In this document: positions 1 through 11,560 of the stretch, in pieces
Layout: every line of letters begins with the position of its first letter
How positions within the stretch are numbered: position 1 is the first letter of the stretch
Assembly (NCBI RefSeq): GCF_030028105.1
Contig: NC_092388.1
Location: forward strand, 10,874,508 to 10,938,507
From: Mobula birostris
Taxonomy: Eukaryota
Direction of reading: 5' to 3'
Length of the DNA stretch: 64,000 bases
The notes under the pieces: model-generated
Told to the model about the DNA's origin: nothing
The model's database searches: none
Seen by the model: only the letters and a program-made list of their open reading frames with translations
Program-made: the position numbers and the translations under genes

Positions 1-244
1 TTTGATTTTGAAAAAAAAAGAGAAATATTCTTACTGGAAAACTCAGAAATTGCTTGATCCAACTGCCGCTGCACTGTGTACGTTAACAAAATCTTGTGTT
101 CCCTGGAAGATGAATAAAACGTATTTCGTCGGAGTCCTTTGAGATAGGTATATGCACATTGTTTTTTTAAAGTTCATTTTGTGTTCGGTGTTTTTTCCTT
201 ACCTTTATCTGTTGAGAAGGTTTACTACAGGAATGGTGGGTTTA

Positions 245-573
245 AGACTGGCAATTACCGTTGCAATCTATTTAAATATTACCTAGACGGTCGTAATTTG
301 TCTGGGCTATATAGCAATGGTGCTGTAACGTTTGTCGGCTTTTGTTGAGTTTTATGACTTGCTAGTATATCTGGGTTGTTGCTGTCTTGGACGAGTGGTT
401 TCAGTTGAGCGAACAGCCACGAAGACAGAGGAAGCAGCGCACCGCTCGGATGTAGGACATTGGTTTTCTTCGAACAAAATGCACTCCAGATCTTTAAATC
501 TGCAAAATTCAGAAGAGTTTGAAGAATCGAAATACTCTAGCAGATCAAACATCTGGAAGTATTCAGGATGAAG
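245..573 (+). promoter_or_regulatory. Conserved-looking distal promoter/non-coding first exon upstream of miR-196 and HoxA9
   Basis: TATA-like TATATAG (~308), Hox/Cdx-type motifs GTCGTAATT and TTTTATGAC, and a good splice donor AAG|GTGAGA at 574. Position matches the Hox10-Hox9 intergenic promoter region. Confidence 0.45.
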
Positions 574-1211
574 GTGAGATCTGTATGAAGAGCGAAGTCC
601 ATTATCGTATATTTAAACCAATAGGTATGGGATCATGTATAACAAACACGTGTTTTTGGTATATTTTAAATGTAATCTGTGGTTTTAGCAAAGGAAAGTT
701 AATGCTACTGTATGGGTTATTTTCTTTTTGGGTGGGGAATATGGAAGAAGAAGAAAAAGAAAATATATATTTATTGTCTGTGCCATCTGACTAGCTCTTC
801 GGGCAAACCTTGAACTCGTTATTATTGCAGTGCACGCAAGTTACAATAGCTTATCATTACTAGAATGAATGACATGTATAGAGATCGCGTGAAATCCTGC
901 ACAGGGATAATAAAGAACCCCGCCATATTTAGTGGGGTCTAACAAGTATTCTCGTGCTGAATTTGCAATTCAATTTATTCATTTGAATTGGAATCCGGCA
1001 TCAAAACCCCGAAAACCCCTCGATTATTTGGGAATAATTTTAGGGACAAACAGCCTGGCATGTTGGAGCGTCCTTCGATTCTGGTAAATGTATGCAAGAT
1101 TTTGACGGGAAGCGCAATGATTGTGACCTTTATCTGAGTAAGCTTGTTGAATGTGCATTCAGATTGCCCCCTACTTATGTACAGTGATAGGAATCTAAAG
1201 ATCTGAGATAG

Positions 1212-1294
1212 AACTGACCTGTGATTTAGGTAGTTTCATGTTGTTGGGGTAAAGTCTAACTCTACAACACGAAACTGCCTGAATTACTGCAGTT
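1212..1294 (+). ncRNA. mir-196: pre-miR-196 hairpin (HoxA-linked, orthologue of mir-196b)
   Basis: Mature TAGGTAGTTTCATGTTGTTGGG at 1227-1248; complementary 3p arm CAACACGAAACTGCCTGA; closing AACTG...CAGTT stem; located upstream of Hox9. Confidence 0.97.
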
Positions 1295-4200
1295 ATCGTC
1301 TTCGCCAGTGAGTTCTTGAGCTGGTTTGGAAAGAAACATCAGATACTTTAAAAAAAAGCAAGAAAAAAATTAAAAGCTTTTGGTTTGATACGGCCAGCGG
1401 TAAAGTTCTGTAACAGGAATAAAAACGTGTAGCAAAACGATATAGTAGATTCCTATTGTATAACTTTCCACCCCCGCCCATTCCGAAATTAATGCAATGG
1501 TATTTTTTTTTAAAGAGCACAAGAGATTCTTCTTTATTTTATAAACTAAAGCTGGATTGTGCTTTCCGAACGATGTGGAATTTCCTGAATATAACATTCT
1601 ACATTCGATCTGTTTGTTTTTCCTAAGAAGGATCAAGTTCATGTTTAAATTAAATATGATACATTTCGATTTCCCTTCAATATGTGTGCGCTGTCGAAAC
1701 ATTATTTGAAAGCACCGATGATAGTCCGCGGTACCCTGCTGCAGATCGCTGCAGTTTCATACGTACGGCGGCGTAATCGATGCATTTCAGATTTCCATTT
1801 TGTTAGTGATAAATATTCCAAGTTACATTAGCATAGCTAAAAAAAGTCACATATTTGCTTGATACATTCTGTGCATGGTTCATATTGTAATTCGTGGTGA
1901 AAATTTGAAATAGAAAAAAGGTCCTTGCAACATGATTTAAGATACGCATTTTATGCATATGTATTCTACCATGTGCAAGACAAAGAAATTACTTGAAAGG
2001 CACAAGGCCTCGGTTATGATCATTACATGGCGCCTAGGCGCGTAATTTTGGTTTGTTCTTGGAAACAGCGACCTCGGCGGAGCGTAGTGGAAGCGCTGCT
2101 CAGTCGGAGGCTCAGGCTCTGCTGAAACTAGACTAAACACAGAAAGCAGACTTGTCCCATTATATTGGGCTGTTTAGACCAGACAAACAGAAGCTTTAAT
2201 CTAAGCAAAGCAAGTAAATAAGCACACTGGTGCTTTATTTTGTTGGTTAAGTTAAATGAACATCCTTTGGAATTAAACTATTTAAAATGGATGTTTCAAT
2301 GTCATTATGCAAAGCAAGGATCATTATATCCACATAGTTTCTTGTCCTGTTTTATGAATGCAAAATTAAATTCATTGTTCATCTAATGTATGTTCAATAA
2401 TTGTTCTGAAGTTAAACGAGCAGAATAAATTAATGGAGAAAATGCAGAACTTGCATATTGTAAAAAGAAAATATCCTTACATACAATTTTCCATATGTTC
2501 CTGTAAACGATTGGAAATTAGCTTTGCGAGGAAACTATTTCTGTTTAATTCATATATGGGTAAAGGCTCATCTGCAATATTAAATTATGTCATCCAGCAT
2601 GTTGTCGAAGGAGAATTTACGTAAAGCAGAAATACCTATCTTGATTATTTTCTCAGTTCAATATAAAAGAAGATCTCCCGAAAAAAAATAAGTGCGTTGG
2701 TTCACCACAGCAGGTTCGTATTCTCCTGATGCCGCTGTGCCACCTTAAACTATCGACGGCATGGTTTATTGACCCGCGAAGGAAGTCAAGTTTGTACTGG
2801 TCATCCCTTCTGGTAACTGGCGGACCCTACTTAAAATGCTGTAAACGCTGCCCTTCGACTAAATGCATTCCCTCTCATTTATCTCGATTCTATAGACGAA
2901 TACATTACCAAGAAGTTGGAGATATTTCTTAAATCATTACGCATCCGAATAAATATCGAATTGTGCTTTATATCATCCATATTTTAATGCTATTTTTCCC
3001 AATTTAATGTCCTTTAACTACTACTTATTTGACAAATCTGATAGAACAAATTATATTATTTTTAAATATCATTCTGGTTACATTTTGTATTATAATACGT
3101 TTGCGTTGTTCGCAGTCACCTCCGAGGTTCATACGATTTATAATCTTATAAAAAAGGAAACCGCGACAGCTTTGTTGTCGCTTTCATTAATGTTAAATTA
3201 AAAGCTCGCTTTCCTTTTTGTTAAATACCAGTGCATGCAGTCCTCCACAGTTTTACATTGAGTATTTAATTTCGGATTGCTGCGAATGAACTAAAATGCG
3301 ATTCAATTATTCGTAAACTTACCACACTCCAATATAATGTTTGTTTTTTTTCTCAGACTATCATCAGACATGACTTGCTCGCAACTGAACGTGAGCGTTT
3401 AGCTCCAAAGCGTTCAGACCAATTTTGAATCCCATGTAGATATCGCCAGCATGTAAATCATATAGTTTATACACCGTTGAGTCTTGGTCAAATTATTTTG
3501 CTTATAGCAAATTAGACACGAACACGATGAAAGATGTTTATCGTCCTCACGTACTGTGAGTGTACAAATTGGGCTTTGCAATTTTACACAGATGTTATCT
3601 GAACGGAAACATAGGCGTCAGCATTTTTTAAATGATAAGGCTGTAAAGTCCCTCTAAAAAGTCGAAATTTCCAGGCTATGTCAACCTTAAAAATTTTATC
3701 AGTCAGCTTTCTCTCAGTCTTTCCAAATTAGTCTGACTACAATGTGCATTCAATGAATATCCAATTTGTCTGGATAATTCAATAAAGCATTAAAATATTT
3801 TTTTTGCTGAGAAAACATCGGTATAATACTTTTGTCCGAACTTTCATTGATATAATATTTGCACGAATTCATAACGATATGCTATTTATTTACAATAAAC
3901 GTAATTCTAAAGTAGAAGTAAACCAGACCAATTCGACACTGCACAGGAAGAGCAATTTAGCTTTATCCTTAATCCATTCGCCTTGTCATAGAATGAGATA
4001 CGAAATATCTGTCTACCAAATATATCTTAAACTTGAAGTGGATGCCTTGTTGCATTCCTCTACGCTGAATTATCTGCATCCTTGCCGCATTGTAACAATT
4101 TATTGGAGAACTTAAGGAATTGCATCCAAGAACGGTCATACATTTTCTGTCTTTATGCTGTTTTTAAAATGCCCTTGCTTGAGAGCTGGAGCTTGCAAAC

Positions 4201-6769
4201 GACATGTGAGCTTCCCGTCCAGGACGCCTGAACAAAAGTCGCAACTGTATATCTAAACTGAAATACAGACTATCAAAATTCGTAACTATATTTTAGGTGG
4301 GGGGTGAGGGAATGGATTAGGTTTTGGTAGGAAAAAAGTAATGATTATACTACTTGCAACGAATTCAACTATATCGTTTAAAATCAAGCATTACATACAA
4401 ACTATAAATCTTTAGGATCACAGCTAGACGCGGCGCATTCCAACTTTTGTTTTAATGGCTAGTCGTTTTTTTAAAAATCTCATTTAAAAAACCTTAATTT
4501 TAATTAGATGAACGGCTCTGTTTAGCGAAGTACAGATTCAGGGCCCCGTGGCTTCACTTTATGTATATATAAAATCAACATTTTTATCCCAATTTCAGAC
4601 AATCTGCACAGGAAACGCAAACGTCTCTTTTTTTCTCCCTTAGGCTCAGCACTGGACTTGAATGGATCTTGATTCTGCTCTCGACCTCATCACTCCACCA
4701 GTTTCAATGTAACATTGCGCTGTCTAGATACTCATGTCCGCTCGCAAGCGACCGCTGAAGCTCCCCAACACCCGCCCCCACCCCTCGCCCGCAGACACTT
4801 TAGACTCAGACTTCAGCACCCCCCCCCAGAACCCCCCTTAACACCAGCATACCACCCACACAAAAAAAAATCTCCCTCCTGGCCCACTCTCCCTAAACGC
4901 TGAAAAGTCGAAGGAGTAAGAACAAAAATATAATTGTTCAGATTAAAAGAAATCCAGAGGAAAGATCGCTGCGTTTCAGTTATTTGCAGGTTTATACAAT
5001 CATCGGATGGTTGTAAGGGCAGCCGTACTAAGGAGGGTGCATGTGTGGGAGCTATCTATTCACCACAAGCGCGATAGCACGTTGGCTTTAAGTGGCATCT
5101 GATAATTGTCTTTGTGTCTTCACTATTTCTGCGTTATCAGATATAAGGCAACAGTTCAAGTACTTCACATTGATTGCGGGGGAGGACTTTGTTGCTACTG
5201 TCGAGGTACACCAAGATATTATTTCCACCTTCATTTTAAGCAGAAGAAATATTTTTAACCGCATATAGCTGGCCAAATAGCCGCAAACAAAGATAAAAAT
5301 TAAAACTGAAACATTACGGCTGAGTTGTGAATCGACAGCTTCAACAGCCAAATCTAATTACTTGGCCTGAAAGACCAAGGGTATTTTTAATTAAAACAGA
5401 ACTAGGCTCAATGCCAGTCATTTAGAATAGCTGTTATTAATTCTTTCGCAGATTCTGAGATGTTTCCTCCATACAAACACATTTAAAAAGCTGTCCCAAT
5501 GAAACACTGTAAAAAAACTACCATTTTATTCTGCGAATACAGCGCAGGAAAGCCAAACAAATAAATGAATCGACGTGTGATCATTAGATATAAAAGAAAA
5601 TATTTCCTGTTAGAACGGCAATGATAAGTTATTCTACGCAAAAACGTTATAATAATAACGGAAAATTATTACGAAATATTTCTGAAGTAATTTCACAGAT
5701 TTTTTATTAAATATATTGTATATTTATTTACTTAAACTCTGAACCAGGCCATAATACCGGCTTTCAGGAATATCCTTTATGTTAATTTTAATCTTGTTGA
5801 GTAAAATCATCCGTCGCTTTAGAGATACACATTCACACATCTTACATATATCGGTAGAACGTGTGTGCGTGAGAGAGATGGTTAGGCCCAATTAGGTTTT
5901 AAAGCACAGTACTTCGTTGTAATATTTAATATGCCGAGGGGAAAAGGTAATAAATGAAGCCATTAATACTGATGCTGGCGAAATCCACAGAAATAGGCCT
6001 CGTATATTTGTTCAATGTCTAATGGTTTGTTTTCATTTGCCATTGAAAGGAATCTATCTGAATCATATAAGAGACGAGAATTCCAAATACCGTCAGTGAA
6101 GGAAGGCTTTGCAATTTTCGCCCACATAATCCTCCAGTGAATGTATGAAGGAGATTGTCCACGAATCCGAAGAGAAAGATGTGTGGACTACTGGATTTCC
6201 GAACAAATTAATATCCCCCGTGTATCTGCATCTGTCTACCAAAAATAGCACGTTGTACGCGGAAGTTGTAATTTATTATGGTTTACTGTAGGTAAAGAGC
6301 CGTTTTGCAATGGCCATAGTTTGCTAACATGTAGTTTAATTGCTCAAACGGTTATAAAACGGAGATTGACACAGTGGGTTTAATGTGGAACTCGTTTTTA
6401 AAAGGAGCGATGCATAAAAGATGCAGGTACACACGACACTTCTCAGGGGTAGTCTTTAAAACTTCGTTAACAATTATCATTTATTAAAAATGCATTTGAA
6501 TTTTAGTTTTTACCAAGCATAAATAATAAATACCTGCCCGAACACACATTCTTCGTTGTTTTTATGCAGTTTATAATTTCACTCTTTCCATAATATTTTA
6601 TGAGAAGGTTAACGATTATAAGGTGTTCGTTAAAAAAAACGAGCATCTGAGGGGAAGATTGATTATGATATAAAGTAGTCCCCTCAGAAAAGAAATACAA
6701 CCGGATACTTTTTCACATTTCAGTTGCCAGAAACAAATCGACGGGTTTATATAGAAGAAATTATATCCC

Positions 6770-7012
6770 TTTGCATAAAAAAACATATGAACTTGCTATA
6801 TAAAATTATGACTATAAAAGATTGACCCCGCTACAAGCTGCGGATTGATTTATCTTTTATTGTTGTTTTTTGAGTCACGTGGGTAATTTATCCAATGGCG
6901 TGGAAGTGCGCTTGCACCATATTAGCGGACTGTACTTGTCCCGGCGGTAAGTTGTTATATTGAAATCTGCTCTTTCATATTTTCAGAGGCGCTTGCTGTG
7001 TCTTTGCCGAGA
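6770..7012 (+). promoter_or_regulatory. HoxA9 proximal promoter / conserved 5' leader
   Basis: Cdx/Hox motifs (CATAAA, TTATGAC, TGATTTAT), E-box GTCACGTG (~6874), CCAAT, and leader GTTGTTATATTGAAATCTGC resembling the mammalian HOXA9 5' UTR. Confidence 0.65.
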
Positions 7013-7553
7013 ATGTCGACATCGGGGACTATCAGCAATTATTATGTCGACTCTCTTATAATGCATGAAAACGAGGATCTGCTGTCGTCCAGATATGCCT
7101 CGGGTCCATTGGCTCAGTCTTCCAGGCAGGCACCTCTCGCTGAGCACCCCGATTTTTCCCCATGTAACTTCCAATCTAAAGCGACCGTGTTCAGTACGTC
7201 CTGGAACCCGGTTCATGCTCAGAGTTCTGCCAACATGCCCGCCGTTTATCACCCATACATGCACCAGGCACCTATTGCCGCTACGCCTGATGGTAGGTAC
7301 ATGCGCTCCTGGCTAGATCCCATGCCGGGAACCTTGTCCTTCCCCGGGTTACCTTCCAGTAGACACTACGGTATCAAACCTGAGCCCGCAGCTGCCCGCA
7401 GGAATGACTGTACTACGTTTGAAACACACACGTTAGCCCTCTCAGATTATCCTTGTGGACCATCTCCCGGTGATAAACGTCTGGCCGAGATTTCCTTTTC
7501 TGAAAATAATGGAGAGGTTGAGCCAAACGCAGATAAACTGCACTTGGATCCAA
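7013..7553 (+). CDS. hoxa9: HoxA9 coding exon 1
   Basis: MSTSGTISNYYVDS N-terminus, YMRSWL and YGIKPEP motifs; phase-1 donor A|GTAAGT at 7554. Confidence 0.96.
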
Positions 7554-7685
7554 GTAAGTATGGAAATCTCGCGTCTTTTTTTAAAAACTTTTCTAAGGAT
7601 TATAAATTAGAGTCATTTTATATACTTGACTTTTTCATTGCGTGCAGTAATAAAAAAACATCTTTCTCCTTTTAATTATGCGTTT

Positions 7686-7752
7686 TGTGTGTGTGTGTGT
7701 GTGAAAGAGAGAGCGAGTGAGTGAGTGAGTGTGTGTGTGAGAGAGAGAGAGA
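7686..7752. repeat. (TG)n/(GAGT)n/(GA)n compound microsatellite in HoxA9 intron
   Basis: Directly visible. Confidence 0.9.
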
Positions 7753-8410
7753 ATATTATGCATAAATTCAAGGTATTTGATCAAGGTTCATTTGTACGTT
7801 TTAGGGCATTTCCATGGACAGAAACCGTGTGTAAACTGAACTAGTATGCATTTCGTTATAACAGAGGAAGGGGAAGATATTAATTGCAGACCCCGTAATT
7901 CAAGTGCAAGTAAATGAGATGGAGATAAGTTCACTGGAAAGATGAAATGCATGCAACACACAATGCAATTAGCTAACGTTTTACCTTGATTAACAATTTG
8001 TCTAATACTGCTATTTTATCTCTTCGTTTTAAACTCTGTACAGAGACTTTCTTCATTGAACTGAACAATGCGTGTAAAAGTATAATAATTCAAAGATTGA
8101 AGATTCAGGATTGCTTAATGTCATTTCCAATACTCAAGTGTAAAAGAGAACGAAATAATTGTTGCTCGAGATCAAATGCAGCACAAAAAACACAATATGA
8201 TAAGAAAGAAATAATATTTTTAAAAAACAAGATAAATGTAAATACATAAGATAATCAGTGTGAACATATGAATTTGCAGAAAACAGTTTCATCAACCCAG
8301 AGTTGCCCACCCCCTATTATCTGTAAAGGTGTTTTGATTCTGGGAATATTGCAATATTTGACTAACATGGGAAGGGAAATAAAGTAAATGTGTTTCCTTT
8401 ACACTTTCAG

Positions 8411-8652
8411 ATAACCCTTCCGCTAACTGGCTGCATGCAAGGTCCACCAGAAAAAAACGCTGTCCTTACACTAAACATCAGACGCTGGAGCTGGAAAAGG
8501 AATTCTTGTTTAATATGTACCTCACCAGAGACCGCAGATACGAAGTGGCCAGAGTCCTCAATCTCACCGAACGGCAAGTTAAAATCTGGTTTCAGAATAG
8601 AAGAATGAAGATGAAAAAGATTAACAAGGAACGACCTAAAGATGACCGGTGA
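8411..8652 (+). CDS. hoxa9: HoxA9 coding exon 2 (homeobox); spliced protein 260 aa
   Basis: Acceptor TTTCAG|; [80 protein letters not shown]. Confidence 0.97.
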
Positions 8653-8888
8653 CACGGATTAAAATATCTTGGAAGGGGAAAGGACTAACTCACAAATACA
8701 ATCGAAACGGACCCTGCTTAGAAAGACATTGAGAACATTATATCATACCATTAGCACAAATTACTCCTTTGCCAGTTCTGGACTACACTTGGTGGGAAAG
8801 ACTAATGCATTGGTTAGATGGGAACCAAAGATGGAGACATCTACGGCAAGGTTAAGTCTGTGGCTACGGAAGCTACCTTTACATGAAA

Positions 8889-9512
8889 ACTACCTTCTCT
8901 TAATCTACCGCTATTCTGTGCGGGCAGTAATTCAGTAATACTGTATTAGTTTAATATTTACTCGTTTTACACGCAGCAAACGAGGCTGCCTATATACTTG
9001 AATCCCTGTGTCTGTCGTGATTATCTCTGTGACTGGGCCTATGTGCTTGGGCGGTGTCTGAGTTAAGATCGAGTAAACCAACAAAAGAAAAAACTCAGCT
9101 CAACTCAGGATGTTTAATATAAAACTAACAGGCTGTGTGTTGGACATGAAATGTTATTTTCGTGGTGAACTTGGGACATATATTGTATTATTTTCACTGT
9201 GAATTAACTTGTAAAAAAAAAACGCCGGGCTTTATGCTGTCTTTGTGAGGCTGAGTAACGGCCTTGCCTGGGTGCATGACGATTGTGTTGTTCTTCAGCA
9301 AGTATATGAAACTGAATTGCATAGAATGCTAATATAAGTTTTATTTAAAATAAAAAAGCAGCGCTGAACATTCTGCTAAACGATACTATTGTCTATTGTG
9401 ATGAAAGCACGAATAAAGTTCTCAGACACTTTGTATTTATCGGTGTTGTGGTGCAAAGAAAAGTATAAGATTTGGTTTAAAACTACCTATATGTATAACT
9501 AGTAACTACCTA
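8889..9512 (+). promoter_or_regulatory. miR-196 target sites in HoxA9 3' UTR
   Basis: ACTACCT at 8889-8895 (with ACATGAA upstream); 8mers ACTACCTA at 9482-9489 and 9505-9512. Confidence 0.65.
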
Positions 9513-11139
9513 TGTTTCGTGTGTAAATGTCACTCTTAAAAACTGTCTAGATGCATTTATGCGATGGAAAGAAAACAATATTGTCAATAAAGGTAATGTG
9601 TACAATACAAGGAAAATATTTGGGTGCAATAGAAAGAGCATATACCACTAATGTGTTTTAAATGGGATTTTCTTTAGACCTGCCAAGCTAACACATTTAA
9701 ACTTGTGTACACGTTTAAAATGAATACCTCGTGTCATATTGACCAAACTATACTGTTTGTAATGAAATGTCATTTTATTTGTTGTCTAATAAAATATATG
9801 TTTCACTACATAATACACGTGTTTTCTCGTCATGGAATTCAATGTACGGAAATGCTTTCCGGGGTACTCTGTCCCCGAATATATTTCATCTATTGAGCCC
9901 TAATTCCAGAATTTTTCGAAACTCGCCAACTATTCTTTACGGGTTTAAAATATTAGAATTAAACCCAAATTTTTACAACAAAAGGGATGATGAAATAAAA
10001 ATTATATATATATCAATTTCAAGGAAAAATCCGTTCAGCACCAAGACTTAGTCTGTGATATCAACACATAGTTTTGTAACATTTAGCGATTATTTCAACA
10101 AAAGCTATTAGGTTTCTTTCCAAAGTTCTGGTATTCAAAATTTGATCTACTCTTTGGATTTCCCGGAATAAACATGAGATGTTTACTCGTAACTAAAACT
10201 AGAGTTCGAGGTTTCCGGGTGGAGGAAAAAAAGAATCATAAACATTGAAGTAGTAGCTTTGTTTTGGAAGCGGATTTGATGACGCAGGGTCTGAATACAT
10301 CTGAGCTTAACGCCCAGTTATCACCAATTAACCCGAGAACCTGCAAAAGCGCACTAACAACTTGTATTTGTCGCTTGGCCATGCTCCAATGCGGCTGGCT
10401 ATTTATACGATATGTTGTGGGTTACTTATGCAAGAAATGCAGTAATTTTACTCGGAGTGGAAATAGATAACCTTGATCCGGTTGCCCGTGAAAAAAAACT
10501 CCAATGCTATTGGGATTTTATCACATTATAATGAAACGAATATCTATATATTTTTAAAAAATCAGTCTAGCACTAATCCTTGCCGCCATTTCCTCAACAT
10601 ATCAGCACAAAAGAATCGGAGCCTTTGAAAGCAAAGAAAGTTAAAATAGTCTTTGATTTTCCTCCCCTAACAAAATGTACACGATTTGGCCATTTGTGCA
10701 ACTTCCTTACTAATTGTACGATCCCTAAAACTTTTTAAATCCCCGAAGACAGTTTGGATGGATTTAGTGGGATTCAAACGATTTGGAATTTGGACGCAAA
10801 GGCCCGAGTAGCTGCAAGTCTTGGCAGTGGCTGTCGTTAGTAAAATTCAGAGTGGTGTACCGCAATAAAATAAAATGACTGCTGTAAGCGTTTATGGGGT
10901 GTAAAACGCTGGAGGTTAAGGGGCGAAGTACATAAACACGACACTGACGATCGAAGTATTCTTCATGTCTAGCGTCAACACACGAATAGGGTTTACAGTA
11001 ATTAAAATAAAATTTTATTATGATATTAAAACAGTTGGTAAATTGAAATTGCTTTATTTTATTTTTTAAAGTGTTCAGTCTGGAGGGTTATAATGTTGCG
11101 ACGCCCTCTGTTGTTACATATGGAACTTCAAAGACTAAA

Positions 11140-11245
11140 CAGGGAGACTTGCAATAAAATAAAGGGTCTGGCAAGCCGTCTGGAATTCAGGTTTTAATGA
11201 GTTTACAACTGTCCAGCTACAATCAGTATTTTTCCAGGGAAGGCC
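11140..11245 (+). promoter_or_regulatory. Candidate enhancer paralogous to the Hoxc8 early enhancer
   Basis: CTGGCAAGCCGTCTGGAATTCAGGTTTTAATGAGTTTACA resembles the recalled Hoxc8 early-enhancer core; adjacent Cdx motif GCAATAAA. Confidence 0.5.
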
Positions 11246-11543
11246 ATCCATTTGTTTTGTCTGGCTGCTTAGACAAAAGGGTCTGCGGAAATAACGACCT
11301 TTATTAGTCTCGTCTCTAACGTGGGCCCCTCACATATCTCTTTACCAATGTATTGCGTCTAGTGGCAAAAATAACTGATATATAGTTATTTTAAGTCTGT
11401 TTTTAAAATGCTCGATATTTAATTGGGTAGATATAAGAAAATATCTGAGTGAAATCGATAGAGTTATTAGATTGAACACAGTTTAGACAAGGCTTTCTGG
11501 GCATTCCCAGCCAGCAGTTTCTTTGCAGCAGGATCTCCCTACA

Positions 11544-11560
11544 GCCAGAAGATGGCAGTA
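11544..11560 (+). promoter_or_regulatory. CTCF site between HoxA9 and HoxA7 (CBS7|9-like)
   Basis: GCCAGAAGATGGCAGTA fits the CTCF core; TGCAG upstream motif at ~11524; syntenic with a known HoxA boundary site. Confidence 0.7.

Noticed and set aside
6998-7675. ORF-track extensions of Hox exons (GTG/TTG starts, read-through into introns)
   Set aside because: True ATG starts and splice sites are identifiable; the extensions are artefacts of unspliced ORF calling.
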